A stretch of DNA of 63,217 nt, filler included, from Octopus bimaculoides (lineage: Eukaryota), in NCBI RefSeq assembly GCF_001194135.2. It is 6 parts of 6 records of this genome, joined end to end, with 100 filler letters (N's around TTAATTAATTAA, not from the genome) between each part and the next. Parts side by side here need not be neighbours in the genome. Positions count along the whole stretch, not along the records: positions 30,974 to 53,229 come from NC_068988.1; positions 53,330 to 55,932 come from NC_068991.1; positions 56,033 to 57,377 come from NW_026357415.1; positions 57,478 to 59,377 come from NC_068994.1; positions 59,478 to 63,217 come from NC_068996.1; 1 more part is not named here. The stretch is one strand, 5' to 3'. Below, piece after piece: positions 52,674-63,217 of this stretch. The position numbers and the translations under genes are program-made. Under the pieces are notes generated by a model. That model ran no database searches and was not told the DNA's origin. It was given only the letters and a program-made list of their open reading frames with translations. The first letter of the stretch is position 1, and every line of letters starts with the position of its first letter.

Positions 52674-53076
52674 TACATATATACATATATACATATATGT
52701 ATGTATGTATGTGTGAATATATTCATATTCATCGTACTTGTCTCTCCCTCTATACGTACCTATTCACAAGCCCATTTGTCTCTCTAATTACTTGTCTATC
52801 TGTTTACCTATTTGTCATTCAGTATATAGGATGGCATTCATTGCATATTTTATACATTTCCCTACAGACATATGTACTCGAGAATTAACCCAATGTGTAC
52901 CGATTATATTGAATTCAAGCAAAGGCGCCATGAATTCTTGGATTTGCGAAATAGAATGCGGCATTTTACTATCTGCAAACATACATACAAATACGCACAC
53001 ACACACAAACACACACACACACACGCACACACACACACACACACATACACACACACACACATACACACACATATAT

Positions 53077-53215
53077 AAGCGCAGGAGTGGGTGTGTGGTA
53101 AGAAGCTTGCTTCCCAACTTCATGGCACCTTGGGCAAGTGTCTTCTACAATAGCTTCGGGCCGACCTAGGCCTTATGAATGGATTTGGTAGACCGAAACT
53201 GAAAGAAGCCCGTTG
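53077..53215 (+). mobile_element. SINE family D 5' half
   Basis: gcgcaggagtgggtgtgtggtaag...gaaactgaaagaagcccg then (AT)n and linker. Confidence 0.88.
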
Positions 53216-53961
53216 TATATACATATATANNNNNNNNNNNNNNNNNNNNNNNNNNNNNNNNNNNNNNNNNNNNTTAATTAATTAANNNNNNNNNNNNNNN
53301 NNNNNNNNNNNNNNNNNNNNNNNNNNNNNGATTGAACTCAGCATGCAAAGAACCTTAATATATATATATATATATATATATGTTTGTATAAATAATACAG
53401 AATGGGACAAGAACGCAAAACATCCAGACAGTTAGGTGATACAAGAACGGGACAAAACATCCAGATACACGATGCAAAGAAAACACGGACAGGTCATTCG
53501 AAGTTTTCCTTCTTCGGTCGAGATCCAGATTACCCTTGCAATTTCGGCTGTTTTAATGTAACAGTATGTTCAATAAACTATAGTTTCGAACTTGGAATTG
53601 TCGAACGGGAAATATGTGTATTCCTGCTAGAATCCAATACACACATGCCCTGACGTGCACTCGCGTATATGCTCGCAAGCATATGTATATCTTTGCTGCG
53701 TTTATATTTATGTCTGGTCACTTATACATTCCTATATACAAATTAGGAAAATCTGGTTTATTAAATAGTTTCATTCACGCTATCATTGCAACTCTGGTGC
53801 AAACATACATTGATTAACACATAAATACACAACCTGACTTAGCATGCACGTACTCATGCACAGATTGAAAAGAAACACATATACACACATATGCACATGT
53901 ACACACATATGCACATATACACACATATGCACATGTACATTACGGTATGAACACGTTTACA

Positions 53962-54897
53962 CAACGATATTCGCAATGGAGGACACACGCTGAAGTGCGG
54001 ACACTCATCGATGAAGAATCGACGCATACACATTCTTTATCGCTTTCTCTGTCTATCTTTCTCCGTCTCTCTCGCTCTTTCTCTCTCTCGCTTTTTCTCT
54101 CACTCTTACTCTCTCTCACATACACACACACACACACACACAAATACACATATATAAACTAATGCATACACATGCAAAAGGAGTGATTGAACTATTTGAT
54201 GTTGTAATTTTCCATTGATTTTCTATATTTAATGCAAGGGTGAAGAACGTAAGGACTTGTACAGGCATGCGGCATTTTGAGGTACTACAAGTTTTGGACT
54301 AGTGTCTATATGGTTACAAATCAAAACCCCCTTTTTTTTCTTTTCATCCCCCCATTATTTTTATTATAATAGTATACCGGTTATACAAATAATCAATAAA
54401 CGTTATAATACGGCAAGCAGATTTTTAGAAAATCAATTATGTTTTTAATTAACTATTTTTTACAAAATATTATACTTGAAACGTTATGAAGTTACAAGAT
54501 ATTTATCCCTGTGTTTTTTCTTTTTTTTTTTTTGGTGGGGTGGGGTGTTCTCTCTTTCATCTGGCTTTTGGTGCATACGATTTAGGTGGTCATATTTTGG
54601 GTCTCATTCTGTATATATCTTGATATAATAGCTGCGTTTATTAGATATTAATGAAAGCATATAGACAAATACGACATTGTACGAAGAGACCTGGCAGAAT
54701 CGATAGCAAATCCGACAAATTGCTGAATAGCATTCCTCCCGTTTCTTTGTCTTCTGAGCTCAATTATCTACCTTACACAAAACGTTACCCAACGATATTC
54801 GCAATGGAGGACACACGCTGAATTGCAAGCGGTCATCGATTTAGAATCAACCACACGCATACACATTCTCTATCGCTTTCTATCTTTCTCCGTCTCT
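53962..54897 (+). repeat. ~110-bp direct duplication (53962-54070 and 54790-54897)
   Basis: caacgatattcgcaatggaggacacacgctgaa identical in both copies. Confidence 0.85.
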
Positions 54898-56899
54898 TTC
54901 TCTTTCTCTCTCTGTCTCTTAGTTCACATGATTACGATCTTACGTTAACTTTCGAGTCATTCTCAATTATCTCCCTTTAGGCTGTAACTATTTTGAATGG
55001 TGACTTATTTGACAACTGTCATTTTAATGTATGACTTGTTTTTTCCCTTCCTTCCTCCTCTTTCTAACTCTTTTTCTCCCTCTCTCATTGATCTTTTTGT
55101 ATGTCTATATTTCTGCATTGACATGCGTGTGTGTGATTGCATGTATATGTGCGTGTGTACGTGAATATGTGTGCGTATGTTTGCCTCATGTGCCAAAAAT
55201 TACTGTCATCAAAACAGGGTAAATGTCCGGCCAGCCGTGTCATATCGTCAACGTCAAAGAGCTGCGACAAATAGTCTCATTTCGTCTTCAACTCACTCCT
55301 AACTTCTCTTCTACAAGACACACAGAACAAAATCTTGAGCTGTATCAGTTGAATTGAAGTTGATAACGGAACTGCGTAATCAGAACTTTACTGGAGGTAA
55401 ACTGGAAAGACATCTTGACCATTGGCCTCTGTAGATAATCATTGGCACATGAAGCAGTCACAACAACCAGGTGAGAGGGAACTTGGGCTAAAAATTCTTA
55501 TCTCATGTGGCGTATGTTAAGCTAAATCCACTTCTAAGCACGCAGCCATTGTGATTTAGGTTTTCACCAGACACGTGTCGGAATGTACTGAGAGTAATTC
55601 TGTTTTTGTTTTACACAAGAGAGTATTACAAGAAGTAAGCGAATAGCTTATACAATTGGGAAATGGCGACTGTATTATTGAATGGTCTATTCAGCTCAGT
55701 GAGTACGTACCACTGCCTCGCGGCGCAATGAACAGAATTCTGAATGGGATAAATAACCATCTGTTATATACATAAAAGAATCACGTGTACGGATATAGAT
55801 ATGTTTGTGTGCATATGTGTACCGGAATGAATGTATGACTATATTTATGCTTGCAGGAAAGTAGGGGAACAAATCTATAAGTAATATTATATACGTAGGT
55901 ATGCACAGATCTATGCGTGTATGTATATATATNNNNNNNNNNNNNNNNNNNNNNNNNNNNNNNNNNNNNNNNNNNNTTAATTAATTAANNNNNNNNNNNN
56001 NNNNNNNNNNNNNNNNNNNNNNNNNNNNNNNNTGGATAGCTGCATTCACAAGTCAGAGTAAACGGTCACGTACGGGAAGATTTTTTCATCTTACTGAAAC
56101 AAGAGTCCTTAATTATGTTGTTATTATGAACCAACAAAATATAATAATATATTACAATGCAGGAATATGAGGTATTGCTTTCATTAAGCTGTAATATCAT
56201 TTTCAAAATTTTAAACATGAAATTAGCTTACATTGTTATCAAACTCAACCTTCAAAACTCTATGTATACAAACATCTTTTCCTTCAACATTTATTAGTTC
56301 CAGGAGATATGGCCCAATTTTAACAGTTTCATTTAATGTCCTAGGCAAGTAAGTAGGTGTTTCCTATGTAGAAAAACGAAAAAAAAGACAGAAATATTAA
56401 TATTGATATAAGTTAAAATATTATAGGAGAAATTATCAATCCGATAAAGGTCTACATCATATAATTAACTGAGCAGCTCATTTTGGTATGATGTACCTCG
56501 CCACACACCAAGCAGATAATCATAAGAAATGATGTATTCTTTAGAGTTTGTAATCTTTTTAGGTAAATGAGACCCCAGAAAATGCTTATAAATACTACAT
56601 AAAACATTTGTAAAATATTGTTGTTTTGGGATGGTGGGTGTTTTTCTTGCCAAATAAACATACGCACCGTATACAAGTTCTTCACTTCAGATTTATTATT
56701 GTTCTTATTTTATGTACTTTGTCTGGAAATCTTTCCTTACACATCCTCTGACCTATTCAACGTCTTTCCATCCTAGGTGTCTCTTCCTTTTCATATTGTA
56801 GCGATACTATGATATTGGNNNNNNNNNNGATACCCTGTTATCCCGTTGCGAAGGAACGTATCTGATGTTTAGGATAACACCCTACTTCAGAAGAGACAC

Positions 56900-57060
56900 G
56901 AGATACTACGTGTTTTGAAGTTTTGAAGTGTTTCCTGCATGATGTTCTCCAGGAAGATGTTGAAAAGAACCGGAGAGAGGAGATATCCTTGTCTAACATC
57001 CACTGTTGTCCTGAAGAATTCTCCGATGCTTCTGTTCAGGAAGAGTAATGTGGAAACACA
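56900..57060 (-). pseudogene. non-LTR (RTE-like) reverse transcriptase fragment
   Basis: GEFFRTTVDVRQGYLLSPVLFNIFLENIMQETL matches the RT GVRQGCxLSPxLF motif. Confidence 0.85.
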
Positions 57061-57477
57061 TACAATGGTGCCAACAAAATCTGATGACTAACAACCTGAA
57101 AATCTCTACCTAATATTATATATTAAGTTAGCATTAGCAATATATCTCTCAGCTTTCAAAATGTACAGCATCTCTTGGAAGAAATAACTGGAGTTATAAC
57201 AATTTGGATACCAATAAATTAGAAACAATGACATAGTTAGTGACAACTTTAGTATGAAAACAAAATATCTGTAGTTTTACCTCGCTTGAATCAAATGCTA
57301 CGATATTTAGGTAACCTCTTTTGCGCATACACCTCAAAAACTCCAGAGCATCGTTTTCGTTTGGAGATTTTGTAACANNNNNNNNNNNNNNNNNNNNNNN
57401 NNNNNNNNNNNNNNNNNNNNNTTAATTAATTAANNNNNNNNNNNNNNNNNNNNNNNNNNNNNNNNNNNNNNNNNNNN

Positions 57478-57710
57478 CATAAGCCCACAGGTCGGAAATC
57501 TTTGGACACTGCACGAGTGCGTGCAGAACGGTTTCGTCGCTCTGACCGCATATCGGGCATGTCGGTCCGGTGTGTCTCGAACCGTGTCTGTAAAGCTTAT
57601 CCCGAACGGGTAATGCTTCTCGATAGCACTGCCAGGCCAGGGATCTCTGGTGGTTGTCCATAGGTCCCGGCCCGAAAGTTGTCCTGAACAGGCGGGTCAG
57701 ATAGATAGAT
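57478..57710 (-). pseudogene. L1/Tx1-type LINE ORF2 C-terminal zinc-binding (zf-RVT-like) fragment
   Basis: LAWQCYREALPVRDKL...CPICGQSDETVLHALVQCP fits W...LP...L...CPxC...ETxxHxxxxCP. Confidence 0.8.
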
Positions 57711-57881
57711 AGATAGATAGATGCACACACATATACATGCCGAGAGGTTGAGACGCACCGCGCACATACACGTAGGCATATATACACACCCATCCTACAG
57801 CACACACTTGTGTACACTCAGACCTGTATAACACACATATAGACGTACATGGACGTATACAATTACATAGACATACGTACA

Positions 57882-57925
<44 letters not shown>

Positions 57926-57935
57926 NNNNNNNNNN

Positions 57936-57978
<43 letters not shown>

Positions 57979-58858
57979 ATACATGTATGAATGTATGTAT
58001 CTATATACAGAACGCTAATGTAGGAGGAGGAAGAGCAGGAGGGGGGACGAAGAGGGGCGGATTACTGGGAGAATCGTTATCGCGCCAGACTTTCAATGTA
58101 GCCTTAAATCCGTTCAGGGTCGATAGAATAGAAAAGTGGTACCATTTGAGATCTGGGGCCGCTGTAAACGACTCACCCTCCTTTCTCTGTGAATTTTCTG
58201 GTCTTGTGCCATAATTAGAAATAATGTTTGTGAACGTAGTTTGAGATGTTATTAATTCATTTAATTGGAAGTCAATTGCAAGTTCGTTTTTTTTAATTAA
58301 ATTCATTTGGGTTTGTAAGCCTTAACAGGGATGGGGGTCAATGAAACATTCGTTTGATTATATATTTGTAATTTGATTAACCTCCGAAAAATTCCAATCC
58401 TATTCAATGTCCGATCGTCCTACAAAGGGCTTCGCTGTATCCACCGCCTCCATTTCTTCACTGTTGTCTATCAAAGTAATCAAATATCTCATTGACCTCT
58501 CATTGTCTTCTACTTGACCTCGCAACCATAACGATCTTTTTTTCTTTTTTCCCCCCTCTTTTCACAATTGAGTTTCAAATGAATGATTTAAGGACATCCA
58601 AACTCACATTCACAACTATTGATATTAACTTACTCTCCCCAGTTTTTTCATCTTCTTCAGCTTCATCTGTACGTCCCTGTCTTCGTCACCATCACCGCTA
58701 TTACCTTCACCAACACCACGACTTCCACCACCACCACCATCACTACCATCACCACTCTCATCATAATCATCATCAGTATCATACAACTATGGACATATTC
58801 TTTGTAAAGAAAACAATTGTCTGTTAGTCAATCAAAATTACCTGACTTCAATCCTTCA

Positions 58859-58988
<130 letters not shown>

Positions 58989-59029
58989 AGACACAGTAAA
59001 AATTCCCGTTTAGGGTTAGAATATCCAGT

Positions 59030-59190
59030 CTTATATGATTTAAGACTGTGAGTTGACAGAATCGTTAGCAACTCAGGCAAAATACTTAGCGCCATTTCAT
59101 GATCAAGTTCAGCCGAGGTCGACTTTTCCTTTCATTCTCTTAATATCGATAAAATTAGTACCAGTGAAACACTGGGGTCGATGTAATTGG
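59030..59190 (+). mobile_element. SINE family B fragment
   Basis: gagttgacagaatcgttagc...ccgaggtcgacttttcctttca...gtaccagtgaaacactggggtcgatgtaat. Confidence 0.8.
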
Positions 59191-59298
59191 ACTATGCACA
59201 CACGCACAGAAATAACAGAGACATATATATGTATTTGTGTATATGCATACATACATACATAAGGGTGAGCAAGTGTGTATATCAGCACGTATATATAT

Positions 59299-59377
<79 letters not shown>

Positions 59378-59477
59378 NNNNNNNNNNNNNNNNNNNNNNN
59401 NNNNNNNNNNNNNNNNNNNNNTTAATTAATTAANNNNNNNNNNNNNNNNNNNNNNNNNNNNNNNNNNNNNNNNNNNN

Positions 59478-59803
59478 GGTGATGGTGTTGGTGGTGTGGA
59501 GGCTTTTGGTTGTTGTTGTTGTTGCTGCAATTTTCTGTTTTTGTCTGCCTCCATTCTTTGCTTGTAGATGGGGCAGTCTCTTTTTAGGTGTTTTTCACTG
59601 CTGCAGAGGTAGCACTTTGGTCTGCGCCCCTCTACTGCAATGTGTATTCTACTGCCATCCAGCAGGTTTATGGCGTCGGGTATGGTATTTATGCTATCTT
59701 GTTCAATCTGAACAAGGAGATGCATTTCCATGCCCAACCAGTTTTTTTCTTTTACTCTGTTCACCTTTAGGATAGTGGCAGTCTCTTCAATGTCGAAGAG
59801 CAT
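59478..59803 (-). pseudogene. LINE ORF1/gag-like fragment with CCHC zinc knuckle
   Basis: GRRPKCYLCSSEKHLKRDCP = CX2CX4HX4C, followed by Q/P/T-rich tail. Confidence 0.8.
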
Positions 59804-59819
59804 AGCTTAATAAACCCTT

Positions 59820-60235
59820 TCTATTAAAACCACATGGCCTGAAATTTTGGAGGAGGAGGGGGAGGCTAATTAATTACTTTGCTCCCCAGTATCTGACTGG
59901 TACTTGTCGCATCAACCTCGGCTGAATTTGAACTTGGAATGTATAGCTGGACGAAATGCCACAGAGCATTTGATCCAGAGAGTTAACGATTGTCAGCTCA
60001 CTACCTAATTGCAAATATTACTATTATTACTACTACTAATAATAATGCTTTCTGCTATAGACACAAGGCCTGAAAGTTTGTGGGGAAGGGGTAAGTCAGT
60101 TGCATTGACCCCAGTGTGTAACTGGTACTTATTTCATCAGCCCCAAAAGGATGAAAGACAAAGTCGACCTCGGCAGAATTTGAACTCAGGTGTAAAATGA
60201 ATGAAATGCTGCTAGGTATTTTGGCCAGCGTGCTG
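59820..60235 (-). mobile_element. two tandem SINE B2 copies (about 59820-60005, 60050-60235)
   Basis: Both carry aaggcctgaaa(t/g)ttt...gaccccagt...actggtact...cctcggc(t/a)gaatttgaact. Confidence 0.82.
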
Positions 60236-60574
60236 GTCTTTAAATTAGAATTAAAATTAAATCATTGAATTAAGATTTTTTAAGGTATCCAGTACCTATT
60301 CTTTCGCAATAAAACCAGAACAAATCTTTTCTGTTTGGCTGTCAATTTTCAATCTCTTCAATTTCTGTTCAAATTCATTTCAAATTTGGTGTAATGATGT
60401 AGCTTTATATGCTAATTAATGCCATAAAATTCATTTTTGCCATGAATCAATAGTTATTAGCCTTTAAAGTTTGCAAATGTTGGGTAATTTTAGCCAATTC
60501 TAAGCCACAGACACATTCAAGCCTGTTTCCATTGTAACAAGCCAAACATGAGAACTTTTTTGTCTGTGAGATAG

Positions 60575-60608
60575 CACACATTGACAAATATATATTTGTC
60601 AATGTGTG
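60575..60608. repeat. perfect 34-bp palindrome
   Basis: cacacattgacaaatatatatttgtcaatgtgtg equals its own reverse complement. Confidence 0.95.
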
Positions 60609-63217
60609 TTAACGCTGGGTTCTGTTGCTTGAGCCCATCTGCTGCTTGTATCCTGGTCAAGAGATGTGCTACAAATAACAACCAAATAAGTCTTAAATTA
60701 TGCGTGTACACACACATACACATTTATTCTGTTTTTTTTTTTTGTTTTTGTTTTGCATAATCACATGAATTCCGAAGCATAGAATACAAGCTCAATAAAA
60801 TTTTCTGAAAATTCAAAAAAATTTATGAGTTATGAAGGGTTTTATGTCGTGCATAAAGCAGTTTGATTTATTTATAGTTTCATATTAAAACACTCCACAT
60901 ACAAAATGACAGTTTACACATCCTGTTTCCTGAGTGGATGAAAATTAGCAAACTTTAAACCTCTATATATAACCTTATTTAAAACATTTTTCTAGAAAAA
61001 TTGAAATACCTCCTGAGATTCAGTTTGGAAAACTACATTAATACACCGAATTTTAAAATTTTCAATAAACTTAGATATTTCCACAGCTGCAGCCAAACAG
61101 AAAAAATCCACCAGAACTATTACATTCGTTTTTCTATCGTTCTTTTTTTTTATTATTAAAAAAAAAAAGCTGCTTAAAGTAATAAAAATTCTTTTTGTTA
61201 ATTAGCATCCTCTTATATACAGGTATACACATAAACAAGTTAACAAATCGCAGCGAAAGTTAGTAGCAACGTTTCCTTAAACGCAACATTTGTTTCGTGA
61301 AACAATCACGTGATATGGACCAAACCAAAAGACATTTTAAAAGGGGGTGTGTGATACACCGGCTTTTAATTATTAGGTTCCCATTCTCATTTACTTTATG
61401 AAAAATTAATAACATTAATTTTTAAATATCTTTTTAATTCACCCATTATTATATTTAGTTTTCTTTATTTTGTTCTGAGTGCTTATTATATGTCAATCTC
61501 TAGCCAAACCAACGCCTAGCCTCTTAGTGATATCCAAAACAAACACTAGAGCTTTATCAAATATCCGTTTTGCAACTAATATCGTCAAAAATAAATTACA
61601 ATAGTATTTAGAAAATTTCCAGCAACCATGGCTGCAAAACTTCTGTCCGTCGTATATACTACTAACCGAACAATTTCCAATGGTAAATATTTCCGTTTGT
61701 AAGAATTAATTGCTAAGATCTTCGTTTTCTTTTTTTTTTTTGTTTTATTTATAAGCGCACCTTCGTGAACAGCACAAAGCTGTCTATAATGTTACGTTTC
61801 ATAGCCCACAACATATTCATGACGTTGATAATTGCTAACAATATATATATTTTTTAAATACCCACAAAAGGGGGTAATAATTATATAAATATTTCTGGTT
61901 TTAACTCAAAACGTAAATTACTATGGTTTCGGTATTGTTTTTGTTCAATTCGGGTGTATGAAAATGTTATACGCGAATTTTTCTTTGTTTCTGAATTAGG
62001 CAAAATAGGAAAAGAAGAGAGAAAGAAAAATAAAACACATCTACTTAAAACGATGAATGTGCGAGAAAGCAACAATTAATAAATATCTGTTCTTTTGTTC
62101 AGTTTGTTTCCGGACTTCTATGTAGTTAGAATATCCGATAATTCCTGGATAAAGTAAAAATACTCGTGCCGTAGGGTAGATGGGAGGAATTCAAGATTAA
62201 TTATGACTTAGCGCTACAAATAATTACAGCTCTTCGTATGACTATAGCTAAAATTACACAGAGCCGTTAACGCTTGGTATGCTACAAATAACGTCTTTCA
62301 AACCACACTCTACTCTTTAAAAAAAACTCAAAAAAAACTAGAAGTCCAATTAGATTTAAATTATAAAGACGCGATGGTCACAGCTAGAAAGCTTTTCATT
62401 ATAAGTCTGGCGGCTAAACAACACGAATTTAATTATAAATAATTCTCAGAACTGTCTAAAAGAAAAAGTGACACATCGACTGTCGCTAAGTAGATTTAGT
62501 GGTACTTTACACAGCTGTGGAATTATTATTCCTTATAAGAAAAGAGAGTTTAAGACAAAATTTGAGAGTAATGAGCACGTGGCATATCGATCAACTCCAG
62601 TTCAAACTTTTTAATTATAATTCCAGTCGCATCATTGAAGACGTTTTCTAAGAAATATTAAATCAATCCAAAGAGTGTTCCAACCACGACTGTCCAATGG
62701 TAATCTATAAATAACGTCAGAATATAACGCTCCACTTTCACTATGTCAAACTGTAGTTAGTTTCATTTCGTTTAGCAGCCGGCAAAGTTCTTCATTTTTA
62801 AATAAATCTAATTCATTTTTTTTTATCATAGACTTGAAGCATTTTTTTTTTTTTCGTTGCTCATTTTCGTTGTAGAATTATTTTGCTAGTCTATGTATCT
62901 ATTATATACATAATGTGTGTGTATACATACATATATACACACACACACACATATATATACACGTGTGTGTGTGTGTAGTGTGTATGTATTTACGTATGTG
63001 TGGGTATATCAAGACAATGTACCCTCGCCGATGATTTTTTTCCCTGTAACTTTCAGATAAATGGGTAATTTTTAATGAAATTTCTATAAATGGATGCATT
63101 CCAGATGATATAAATTCCGATTAGTGATAACATTTTTTCGTAGGTGGATGTCGGACTTGGGGAGAAGACAAGTGTCTTTTACTATATCCCAGTATAATAT
63201 ATATATATATATATATA

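Noticed and set aside
54006-54018. catcgatgaagaa resembling a 5.8S rRNA motif
   Set aside because: Only 13 nt match, flanks unrelated, and the duplicate copy lacks it
55318-55470. Plus-strand exon with good acceptor and GTGAGA donor
   Set aside because: Stops in all three frames; at most a UTR exon, unsupported
60327-61105. 15-bp inverted repeat (ttttctgtttggctg) suggesting a MITE
   Set aside because: Similarity does not extend and no TSD seen

Overview
Eukaryotic, AT-rich, repeat-saturated genomic DNA, most likely from an octopus (coleoid cephalopod). This inference rests on the extreme microsatellite density and the tRNA-derived SINE families. It is a draft scaffold with many N gaps and five artificial 100-bp linkers (44 N + TTAATTAATTAA + 44 N). 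There are no prokaryotic operons, CRISPR arrays or rRNA/tRNA genes. Almost all ORFs in the track are translations of microsatellites or N runs. Recognisable content: at least four SINE families; RTE, L1/Tx1-type and Penelope-like retroelement remnants; two mariner transposase C-terminal remnants; an internally deleted hAT/Charlie element with TIRs; a MITE-like element; and tandem or foldback repeats. The best hidden signal is a set of minimal type I hammerhead-ribozyme motifs: one nearly intact at 50857-50912 and three degenerate at about 19.85, 26.78 and 27.22 kb. They have short palindromic stem III, the form known from Penelope-like elements and retrozymes. A few unidentified host-gene exon candidates exist, chiefly a 366-bp phase 1-1 exon on the minus strand (40482-40847) and a signal-peptide-like ORF behind a strong acceptor (10937-11076). 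None can be named from sequence alone.
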